From NCBI RefSeq assembly GCF_037042905.1, contig NC_087246.1, positions 8,124,001-8,188,000 of the forward strand: DNA of 64,000 bases. The letters are read 5' to 3'. The first letter of the stretch is position 1, and each line of letters opens with the position of its first letter. This document shows positions 53,501 through 64,000 of the stretch, piece by piece. The notes beneath the pieces are model-generated. The model was not told where the DNA came from. It ran no database searches and saw nothing but the letters and a program-made list of their open reading frames with translations. This stretch comes from Lytechinus pictus. Its lineage: Eukaryota. The position numbers and the translations under genes are program-made.

Positions 53501-54124
53501 TGTAGACGAGAGCATTTACAATATCATTATAAAATTAAGTATATTACATAAGATAAAGAAAAACTCATCAATTTTACCATAGGTTTCATTGACCAATAAA
53601 GTGAAGAACATATGATATAGGCCTACCCTCGCTTGCCATAGTTTCCCATTTATTGACCCAAATTTTTTGTTGATTTATGGTAAATGAAATTTCTTTGTTG
53701 TTGCAGCGTTTTGTTCTGAATCAGCATTCAAATGGATAATGTAATGTCGGTATAAATAGGGGGTGGATAATGCCCACTTTCTCAAATCATGTACCATAAA
53801 GTCAGCTTACTCATTTATTTGAGCTTGTCATAAATTGTATAAGTGGAACATTGGCAAGTGAGCTAGGTATATATATATATGCAACATGTGCAGCTATATG
53901 AAACATTTTCATGTAAGATTCTTTAAACCCACTCCACCTACGTACCCCACCCCCATGGAAAAGAATCAATTACTTACAAATTCCTCATCTGTAGAAGCTG
54001 TTTCTGTGATGTTCCATTCATCATCCTGAACAGTCTGTTGAGCCCCTTGATGGCTTCGTCCCCCACGACCGCCTCTACGACCACGCCCACGTCCACGACC
54101 CCGAAAACGTCCACGTCCAGGCAT
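47518..54124 (-). CDS. Ro60/TROVE-like helical domain plus vWA (MIDAS) protein with an N-terminal RGG box, about 573 aa, 9 coding exons
   Basis: complement(join(47518-47812,48203-48348,48625-48799,49453-49641,50236-50459,50913-51059,51650-51912,53116-53251,53978-54124)). All introns are GT-AG with consistent phases (1722 nt). Motifs WKTLADICHLHP, LPTGKLMERL, VAILGDRSPSM, DGMT, FVVVTDEEE and KKYREEVYADAKLVFIS parallel recalled Ro60 motifs in the same order. Confidence 0.85.
49256..49280. mobile_element. 25-bp palindrome with 7-bp TSD (P-element-like remnant or footprint)
   Basis: CATGGAGGTAG-aaa-CTACCTCCATG, flanked by GTTTGAT at 49249-49255 and 49281-49287. Confidence 0.75.
51313..51529. mobile_element. 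Tc1/mariner-like MITE
   Basis: TA|CAGTGGTGCTCAAAAG ... CTTTTGAGCACAACTG|TA. Confidence 0.75.
52073..52236. repeat. 59-bp inverted repeat (1 mismatch) with a 46-nt spacer
   Basis: Arms at 52073-52131 and 52178-52236. Confidence 0.9.
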
Positions 54125-54516
54125 TTTTAGTTCAATACGTGAGTTGGAGTATCTATTTGGAAAGTTAATTTCCTCTCATCGGATGTTTAATATTCCTTGT
54201 GGCTCAGGAAATTCCCGAGTGTCAACTCTACCTGTAAGAGGAAATCAACATTTCAACGTCCAATAAAAACTTTTACAGAACATTAAACACTTTATATGAA
54301 CCACATGATGGTGAAGGTTTATGAGCCTCGTTTATGAGCAGGATATCCTTCAAACATGCAGACGGATTTCAGCTTAATTCACTGTCTAATTATAGATTCC
54401 AAGTGACCCATGCAGCTGTACATATCTGTCCAACGTGCCCCCCCCCCCCAGCTGTCACTTTTGTCATCATCAAAATTTATAGTATACACAAAGCAAAGTG
54501 CAAGTCTCCTCTTGCT

Positions 54517-54718
54517 CTCCTCCAAGTAGGCTAGAATATGTGATATTTTATTGCACCTAGCCCTAACTTTATTTAGGCTGTACTCCTCCAAGTAGGCTAG
54601 AATATGTGATATTTTATTGCACCTAGCCCTAACTTTATTTAGGCTGTACTCCTCCAAGTAGGCTAGATCATATGTGATATTTTATTGCACCTAGCCCTAA
54701 CTTTATTTAGGCTGTACT
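54517..54718. repeat. 66-bp tandem repeat, 3 copies
   Basis: Unit CTCCTCCAAGTAGGCTAG...TTTAGGCTGTA starts at 54517, 54583 and 54649; the third copy has a 2-nt insertion. Confidence 0.92.
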
Positions 54719-54744
54719 AGGCATAGGCCTAACTGTACTTAATT

Positions 54745-56152
54745 CCCAGGACCAAAATCCAATTGAAACCAGTTGGATTTCCAATTGGTTTCAATTGGTT
54801 TCAATTGGTTTTAACTGGAATATAACAATTTCCAGTTGAAACCAATTGAAACCAGTTGGGCAACTGGAAATCCTAACTGGAACCAGTTGGGTAACTGGAA
54901 ATTACTTCCAACTGGAAATGATTTCTAACTGGAACCAGTTGGGTAACTGGAAATCCTAACTGGAACCAGTTGGGTAACTGGAAATCCTGACTGGAACCAG
55001 TTGGGTAACTGGAAATGACTTCTAACTGGAAATAATTTCTAACTGGAACCAATTGGGTAACTGGAAATCCTAACTGGAAACAGTTGGGTAACTGGAAATG
55101 ATTTCTAACTGGAACCAGTTGGGTAACTGGAAATCCTAACTGGAACCAGTTGGGTAACTGGAAATGACTTCCAACTGGAAATGATTTCTATCTGGAACCA
55201 GTTGGGTAACTGGAAATCCTAACTGGAACCAATTGGGTAACTGGAGATGACTTCTAACTGGAAAGGTGATTAACTGGAAATTAATTCTAATTGGAACCTG
55301 TTGGGTAACTGGAAATCCTAACTGGATCCAGTTGGGTAACTGGAAATGACTTCCAATTGGTTTCCAATTGGAAATTTTCCAGTTACCCAACTGGTTCCAG
55401 TTGAAACCAGTTAATTTGCATATTATCTGCCAGTGTGCACAGCTAATGTTTTATGTGATTTATCATCATTTAAAATGTATCTATTTAATTCTTTTCTAAT
55501 TCAAGTACCATACTTGTTTCAGATAAGTGTTTAGAATGCTTAGCAGAGAAAACCATGTTCATAAATGTTATAGATTTTATAATTAAAACAGATTATAAGA
55601 TAATTAGTACACCACTAACTGTTACCAAATTACATCAAATACAAATACATATATTTGAAGATCTTTCATATAAATATACACATTACGAATGTCTATTTTA
55701 TCAATGCCCTTTACATTGGTATTAATAAACATATAGCACTGCTTCTTTGTTGGCATGAGCAATATAGTTAGTGCAAATTCTAATTAATTTGTAACTAATT
55801 AAGTCATTCTAACTGGAATTTCCAATTGGATCCAGTTGGAAACCAGTTGCCTCCAATTGGTTTCAACTGGAACCAATTGAAACCAGTTGCCTCCAACTGG
55901 TTTTAATAGGGAAATTGGAACAACTGGAACCAATTGAAACCAGTTGCCAACTGGTTGCTTAATTGGTTTCAACTGGAACCAATTGAAACCAATTGCCAAC
56001 TGGTTCCAGTTGCCCAATTGGTTTTAACTGGAACCAGTTGGCAACTGGTTTCAATTGGTTCCAGTTGTTCCAATTTCCCTATTGAAACCAGTTGGCCAAC
56101 TGGTTTCAATTGGTTTTGCTCTAATTGGTTTCAACTGGATTTTGGTCCTGGG
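54745..56152. mobile_element. 1.4-kb non-autonomous EnSpm/CACTA-like element with dense subterminal repeat arrays
   Basis: TIR CCCAGGACCAAAATCCA / TGGATTTTGGTCCTGGG. Arrays of AACTGGAACCAGTTGG at about 54760-55410 and 55810-56140 surround an AT-rich core. No clear TSD. Confidence 0.8.
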
Positions 56153-56503
56153 ACTGGGTTGTAAACATGTTTGTAAACACGTACAAAACGTGTTAGTTAC
56201 AGCTACGCTACGGCCGATTTCCATGAGTGACAGTGTATGAAACATATTTGATCATCAGTAAATACCATTGTTGATTGACTAATTTAGAAAAAAGATATGG
56301 CCACAAATCAGTCATCAGCACGAACAGGATCGAGGGCCCTACGCCCCGACGGAAGGGTGGCGGCTCGCCGACCGGACACCGGCGGCGAGCGAACGAGTCT
56401 AATTACTTTCGCATCTTTCCGGGCCAGAAATCAGCAAAATCCAATTTATTTAGATCTACTATGTCAATTCCATTCTGGTGGGAAGTTAGAGTAAGAAACT
56501 TAC

Positions 56504-56596
56504 CTTGACTTAATGTAGAAGCTTTCTCACCGTTAGATTCCCATCAGATCCAAGTAATGTGTTCACTAAAACTAAGGGAGAATTGGCTCTTTTATA
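56504..56596 (-). promoter_or_regulatory. Probable TATA box and non-coding first exon of the Ro60-like gene
   Basis: TATAAAA at 56596-56590 and CAAG|GTAAGT donor at 56504/56503. A matching acceptor CTTACAG lies at 54232, upstream of the ATG at 54124. Confidence 0.55.
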
Positions 56597-59593
56597 TTGC
56601 CTACACAGCTCTTCAGGCTGCAGCAGCCGACAATTCTTGCACCATAGGTTGACATGTCACATGATGCAATCAACGAGAAATTGCGTATCGTTTAGTCTAA
56701 AAAACAGACCCTATTACGCGTTGATTATCTGTACATATCTGAATCTGTCCGTTGACGTACAATGATTAGGATTTTTTAACGCCCTATTGATTATCGCTTT
56801 ATCAATTTGAGATCCCAAGCTTTCATTATTATTATTAATAGGATCCAATCTGTCTTAGGCCTATATCAGATAAAGTGGAAAAAGAAGACTGAAACTATAT
56901 TCTGTCTTTCCATTTGGAAAGGTCTATGATAGGGCCTATAGCAAACATCCATGAGAAAAGATATGGAAAAGAAACGTGGTGGGCCATTGGGGGCCATTAT
57001 AGGCCACCAGAATGTTAAAAGATTAATCAATCATTTAAAACTTATAAGAACAAGCAAACAAAAATATGAAAGAAATTGGAGTAAATAGCCAATTAAAAGT
57101 ACTTATATACATATTAAAAAAAGATACACAAAAAGTAAAAAAAAAAGTAAAAATGTTTAAAAAGTGCAGAATGCAAACAAATTCTATTAGACCTCAACTT
57201 AGAATATGAATTCAAAAAGAAGAAAGAAAAGGGGGGGGGGAGAAATATATGAAAAGTAGAAGGGCTTTATGTTTGCATAGATAATCATGGGAAAATACAA
57301 TTCACAAAGTTTTACAAACACCAGCCATTCGTTTACTGATCTAAGTATTTCTTCAGTAAACCTGTCTTCCAATTAATTGTTTCTAAAAACCCTATAAATA
57401 AGGCTAACTGATTGCTTTAATGAAGTAGGAAGCCAGGGTTCCATAATTTTGGCCCTGTATATAAACAAATGTATTTAGCCGAAAACTAGTTTTGACCAAT
57501 GGCAAGTGGAGAAACTTAATTGTCTCGTATAGTAAGAATGGATTTTGTCATTTTTAACACATAATGAAGCAAGGGCAAATGGAAGTTCTGTTTTATTTAA
57601 TTGATACATATAATGCAATCGCGGTTGAGATCAACTTATGTAAATTAAGGAACTTGTTATATGTACAGGCATATAAGTCTATCAAAATGGAAGTATGGCG
57701 CACCTGCATAATTGGACTAATGAAAACCGACTTAGAATTAGTGAATGAGTATAAATGTTGGAATCTTTGAGGGCAACACAAATTTTCAAAGATCAACTCG
57801 AAATTGAAGAAGCTACGGGGCCAAGCTTGTCATAGGGGCGCTTTTTGCATTTCTATGGGTGAAAATACGACAATTCCTTCCTTGAATTTTGAAATGATGA
57901 ATTGTATTTGAGTACCAGATTGAATGATGTAGTATTGGGCATTGCACAACTGACAAGTTTATGATGTAATCTAGGGTCTGTATCTATAGACTAATTTCCC
58001 CAGGCTTGCAGCTTTTACCGTCAACCCCACCCCCAATTACTTGGTTACCCATCGCACCAAGAGATCCTAGAATATTCTCTTACTTTCAGATGACATCATC
58101 ATGATGCTTATTGCTTTAATGCTTTTATGTTTCATTTAGGTTTCATCAGCAGAACCTTCTCGAGACAATACTTGTTGAAGACTGTGTGACCTATATATAT
58201 AAGCATGGAGTAGGTCCATGCTATAAGGCTACACGGTATGACTTGATTGATCATAGTAAAAAAATTTATTGAGTTAATATGCAAAACAAGTCAGAAAGAT
58301 GGTAAATTACTTTATTTAAAAAGAAATTATATTTTCTCAAATTTGTCTTAATTATCAATATGCATGGTTACAAATTAAAAATCAACTTTGAAACCCTTTG
58401 AAACACTTGTAATTTCACAAGTGGCAGTTCAAAAGACGGAATTTCTGAAAAGCTATATATCAACCAGATATACATGTAGATCAGTCTGTCTTTCGGGCAT
58501 CTTAAGTAGTTTTTAAATTGGGTAAATACTCTTTGAGAAATTAAGCAAACGAAAACAATTCAGCACTCCATGCACTTCCATCAATATCTCTTCATCTCAC
58601 GCCTAAGCTTCTCTCTCTGTCCAGCTCTAATATTGTCTCCCATAGTGAAAAGTGAATTAATTACTCACTTGCTTCTATATAAAAAAATCTTGAAAATTTC
58701 TGATCAATTATTGTCAATGTTTTTTTTCTTTCAACGTAACAAAATCAAAATTCCGGTATTGCAAGCACTGTTTTGGGACATGCTAATGCTTTTTAATTTA
58801 CATTCTTATATCAATTTTAGATGGTTGCAAAAAAAGACAAGTAAAAACTAGCTTCAACATATATTAACTCAGTGCTATTGTTTTGTTTTCATACAACTAC
58901 TTTGCCTTAAATTAGCATCCAAACTTTGGTCATAAAATGTTGTGTGAGAGAGGAGAAAAAGAAACAGAATGGGAAATAAAACAAATTTTCATCTTTCTAA
59001 ATTTATTGTGTAAAAGATGAAAAATTGGTATACCAATCAGATGAAACTTTACAATGGTGAAAATTTGAAAGAAATTGTACAAGTACTATATTTTTACGAC
59101 CGTTTTAAAATTTTAATCCCTAAAGACTATGTAAATTTCAAATTGGCAACTGGGAAGTGAATTTACCATGTGGTAAGCCAGGGAGGGACAACTTTCCCAT
59201 AGGCCATGTAGTTAATTATCAGAGATTTGTGGTTTCCTTTATTCTGCTAGGGCAGTATAATAGAGGTAGCATATTGTTTTATATCCTCATAAAACACAAT
59301 AATTTGAAGTCAAACATTTTAGCCATTTTATGCATCTTGGAGTAAATGGAATAGTAGACCTCCCCTTATATCACTACATTGATCTACTTGTCTGATTTTT
59401 CTTTTTCCTCTAAAAAAAACTTATTTGGGTTGGGTAATTCTTCTTTAAATCATATTTCAGTTATATTAGCTGGTAAGAGATATAACTCCAATGTTTATCA
59501 TCAATCTATTTTAGTATATATATATAATAATCACAAATGGTTTAGAAAATGCCGTAAAAATAAAATCGTAGATTTTAAAAGGAGCATAGCTCT

Positions 59594-59633
<40 letters not shown>

Positions 59634-62363
59634 AACATGGAATACAAATTAATACTATTTCATATTTTACAGATAGAATTTTATTATATAAAAATATATA
59701 AATCATTACAAATTAATCCAATTATACATATAATTGATTTGTATAAACAATAAATAATGATAAATGTTAATAATGCATCAATTATAACTAGTGTCTTTTC
59801 TATTTAAAATAAATTAAACTGAAAGAAAACTACATCATTTATTTTTTCATATTTCCTTTCATATGAACTTCTATTTTTTATATCCATTCCAATAATGAGG
59901 AAACTTTAATTGAGACTGCATTTATTACAGTAATCAATAAATGTCAAGAGCCTCCTCACAAAGTTGATGTTAACATAGTTACACATGACCTTACAAACGA
60001 CTAGATCATGAAATGCAAACATGTAAGCTATTTTTCAGATATATTTATTAAAACTATTACTGTGTTTTGACTAAAAAAGTTTCAATAGCATCAAGACAAA
60101 AATATTCTGCCTGAAATTTCTCTGGACAGTACTAAAATATTGATCAAACTCTATTTTAACCTTATCAAATGAAATTTACAATTATTGAGACATGTAAATA
60201 GCCTTAATAAGAAAACTACCTAAATATTCTATAAAATTACAGGTCTTTTTATTTTCACAATGTTTTATTATCACAATAATGACAACAGATTAATCAGAAC
60301 TAGTTCTGTAAAGTAAATAAATCCATACAATTGGATAGGACACTGAAATTGGGTCCCTATAATCACTTCTAGATGGGAAAAGTATCTCTTTCCTCCCATT
60401 TCTCTGTTTGGGTAACAAGTCAAATATTTTTGTACAAATTCCCCCCCCCCTCCCCCTTGGAAAATCCTGGATCCACCCCTGCTACATGATGTATATTCAA
60501 TTTGAAATTTGTCCTGGGATGGCAGATGGTGAAGGTAAGGACAGCAAGCATGGTGCAAATGTTTTCAAAATACAGAGTACAAAGTTATCAAGTTCAAATT
60601 TCATAACATGACTATATCCTCAATCATGTATGCCTTTGAATGTAATAAATTTAATATTTCACATTTAATTTACAAACAAGCATAAACCAGAAACATTTAT
60701 TCACTTTTAAGTTAGCATATAAGTATTTCCATAGACATAAGACAATAAATAGTTCATTTTAGGGATTGGACATTATGGTCTTTTAAGATCAGGGATTCAA
60801 CCCCCCTCCTTGGAAATTCAAGAAATGTGGAAAATAAGGGAGGTAATGACATAAAAATAAAGATGGGAAAAAGGATGGGTAAAAAATAGTTAAGACTACA
60901 ATAGGACCACCTACTAGAGTTGATTTTTCTTCATCCAATATTACATCAGTGCTTCTCTTGACTTGAACACAGATACGGATACTCCAAAGGCTTGTTCAGA
61001 CATGATCAGACAAAGCTCAAAGATAATTAAATAAGGTGATGCAAAATTATGCAACCAATATGCTTTAGAAGCTGGAGAAAGTTTTTTTTATATCCTCGCT
61101 ACAAACTGAACTTACCAAATTATTTAATAGATGACTCAAAATGTGTTTGACCCAGTGTTGCAATGCAATAATTATGACATCAGATAACATGGCTCGTCAG
61201 AATGAAATCATGATATTGTCATAAGGTTGTTTGCACATCTTTGGATGATTCTTTTTTTAAACTTGATGCATGTATTAACATGAGTCTGAACACTAAAAAA
61301 TGTTACTGAGCTTTATCATATGATACAAAAACAAGATTAAAGAAAAATCAACAAATGATAACTGATTGGCTTTTCTTATGATTGAGACGTACAGTATCTA
61401 GTATGGATCTTCTCAAACATACCAAATCATAGAATCTGAACAGAGTATAAGAAAATAAATTATATGTCACATATTTAGTTAACACTAAACTCCAGGATTC
61501 ATGTGACATACAGGTTTGCAATCAATGGCAATTCAATACAAAATTCTGATTGGCTACTGGTAAATCATTTCTACTTCAAGCAAATTATCTCTAGCATGTT
61601 TGAATTGCACAAAAATTTTAAAAGATGCAATGAACTATCATTTCTTTCTCTATCACTTGATCTTTCCTGTGTAACAATGACACAATAAACATGAAAACAG
61701 GGTACTCTAGGATGAAAATAATAATATATTAATAAACAGAGTAAAATTCACCGTGACCGAGCAAAATGCTGAAAATTTCATCAAAATCTGAGGACAAGTG
61801 ACAATGTTATTTGAAAGTTTTATGAAAACAGTTTGCAAGCTGTCATGAAGGGCTAATGATGTCATGTCCCAAATTTCCTTGTTCTTATTTTTATTAAATG
61901 AGATCATAATTATTTCATATTTTCATACGTAAGTGTATGATATGTCTCGCTTGTAACAAAATAGATTGCAGCAATGATTATCTCACACATTAAATCACTA
62001 GTCAATCCAATCTTGTGAAGTATTTCATTCTTGCATGACAAAATTTGAATAAATACAATTTTATATGATAAAATACTATGTGGGGATATGAAATCATCAG
62101 CTTGCATATTCATAAAGATGTGCATAGAACTGTTTTACCAAATAATGCAAAACATTTTTTGTTAATGTCATTATTATGTTTTCCTTAACAGATATTGGTG
62201 AAATTTTTAGTATGTTGTTTGTCTGATTTTATTCTATCTCTTCAAATCATATAATTTTCAACTTGGAGTACATCTTTAGCAATTACTGTTTATCTTTCTG
62301 CTTTGTTTATGACTCATATGCAGCAGCCAAATAAAAATAAAAGAAGATAAGTGCTGCAAAGCT

Positions 62364-64000
62364 TCAGAGGGCGGCACACATTTCAACAGTCTCTTGAGAA
62401 GAGTTATTCTCCTCCATTCTTTGTTTATCTGTAAAACCATCCCCATAACCCATGCTCTCCACTAAATTTGGTTTCTCATCACACATTGGGCAGAGCTGGT
62501 TCCGTTGCTGTGACGACCGCATCCAGATGATAAGGTTATAGCGTTCCCCATCACTAATGGGCATGGCACCATGCATGTGTTGTCCTCTGTGGAGTAGACC
62601 AATGCTCTTTTGATGCTGGAATCTGGTGTATCTTGTCTCATTACAAGGCATCTGTAAAAATAAATACAATGGGTAATTAAGACAACTCATCTAGACAGGA
62701 AGTAGCAGTGCTACATCTGAATTTTTCAAATCCCCCGGCCCCACCACCATCGAACGATATATGGTATTAAAACGCTGAGAAGTTGAGTTAAAAGTACCTA
62801 TTTGATTTTTTAAGGAGAAAACCCCACTTGTGATGAGATATATCGCTATATAATAGAGTCTGATTCCAATCTAAAATTCTACAATCAATCAAGTACCGAA
62901 GATCAGGAGATAACAACAGCTTATTTATATAAAGCATTAATTGAAAATACCTCTTTTTTATGCACTGATTGTTTTCCAAAGTGTAATGCAATTGTAAACC
63001 TGTTCATTCATTTACATTTTCTTAATAATTATCACATTATGAATACTGGCTTATTCAACTTGAAATGACAAGTTAATCCTTTTTGTCTGGAAGGAAAATT
63101 TCTATTAAAGGGGATAATTTTCCTGCTTCTGTTCATCTCCTTCATTTCTAAATTATATTTTGTAATGAGCCAAAATATGTGTGGGCTGTTTTTTTACATG
63201 CAACTTAGGGAAGTTAGTTGGTTTTAATAAAAGCAGAAAAATTATAGAAAAATATTGGTTAAAGTTGGATGAAAATCCATAAAAGAATAAGACAGTTATG
63301 ATTTTTAAAAGTTTTTAATGTGTGACATCATACTTAGTATGCGAGCAGCTTTCCCATATATCATGTAGTATAAATAAATTCCATTAATGGAATATCATGA
63401 ATACAAATATTTTTCTTAAAGAAGGGGGTATGAAATGGTATGTGGTATGACATATCCCCAGGAAAAATAAAATCATTTTAATTTATTTTTGCAGATAATT
63501 GTATTTGGGTAATTCATATCACACACAGAAAAATTGAAGAGTTGCTTGCTTGTGATGTCAGACGATCAAAACTTTAGATATTCATAAATCTGTTATTCTT
63601 TGATGGATATCATCAATCAAATATCCCTAGGAAAAATAAAATCATTTTAATTTATTTTTGCAGATAATTGTATTTGGGTAATTCATATCACACACAGAAA
63701 AATTGAAGAGTTGCTTGCTTGTGATGTCAGATGATCAAAACTTTAGATATTCATAAATCTGTTATTCTTTGATGGATATCATCAATCAAACCTTCACCAA
63801 TATATTTTTTAATTTTTTCTGCTTTTGTTAACACCGTGACCAAGTCAACACCCACCCCCTTTCAAAAGAACTAAATAGCCCTATTTAGCCCACATATTAT
63901 TTCACTGGCTGGTAATCTGATTACCTGTCTCATGTCTCCAAAGTATAGCTCTCCATCACTAAACTCCTTGCCCAGGCTCACATTGATGGTCACCTCAGCA
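62364..64000 (-). CDS. OGFOD2: 2-oxoglutarate and iron-dependent oxygenase domain-containing protein 2, last two coding exons (5'-partial)
   Basis: complement(join(62364-62651,63925->64000)): AEVTINVSLGKEFSDGELYFG...LHRGQHMHGAMPISDGERYNLIIWMRSS..RNQLCPMC...GYGDGFT...VEMCAAL*, matching the recalled OGFOD2 C-terminus. Confidence 0.92.
63452..63789. repeat. 169-bp tandem duplication (2 copies, about 2 mismatches) inside a decayed MITE
   Basis: Copies start at 63452 and 63621. Confidence 0.88.

Noticed and set aside
54745..56152. Regular AACTGGAACCAGTTGG arrays as a CRISPR-like array, or as coding repeats (ORFs at 55136, 55799, 55934)
   Set aside because: No unique spacers, eukaryotic context, and bounded by TIRs: these are subterminal repeats of a DNA transposon.
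44600..58000. Y RNA-like gene near the Ro60-like locus
   Set aside because: I found no GGTCCGA...TTGACC/T stem with a Pol III terminator by eye; a covariance-model search would be needed to exclude a divergent one.

Overview
AT-rich, intron-containing animal genomic DNA. The repeat landscape suggests an invertebrate deuterostome such as a sea urchin (inference only). Left to right: (1) the last two coding exons of TXNDC17 (+). Their intron holds a complete, apparently very young Ty3/Gypsy LTR retrotransposon on the - strand (1445-11014) with 1424-bp LTRs, an ATAA TSD, a tRNA-Arg-like PBS, a PPT, and gag/pol joined by a G_GGA_AAC -1 frameshift. (2) A 12-coding-exon CCDC157 (+) ending in a NEMO/UBZ-like C2HC finger. 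(3) An unrecognised ~412-aa gene (-). (4) A 573-aa RGG + TROVE-like + vWA (Ro60-like) gene (-). (5) The 3' end of OGFOD2 (-). SINEs, MITEs and tiny TSD-flanked palindromes fill the introns and spacers. The most unusual structure is inside the LTRs: a predicted 1130-nt GT-AG intron containing the poly(A) signal, with both splice junctions preceded by the same exact 73-bp sequence. This suggests the intron is removed from the 5' LTR RNA and rebuilt during reverse transcription. All exon models and comparisons were made by eye, and homology calls are from memory, not database searches.
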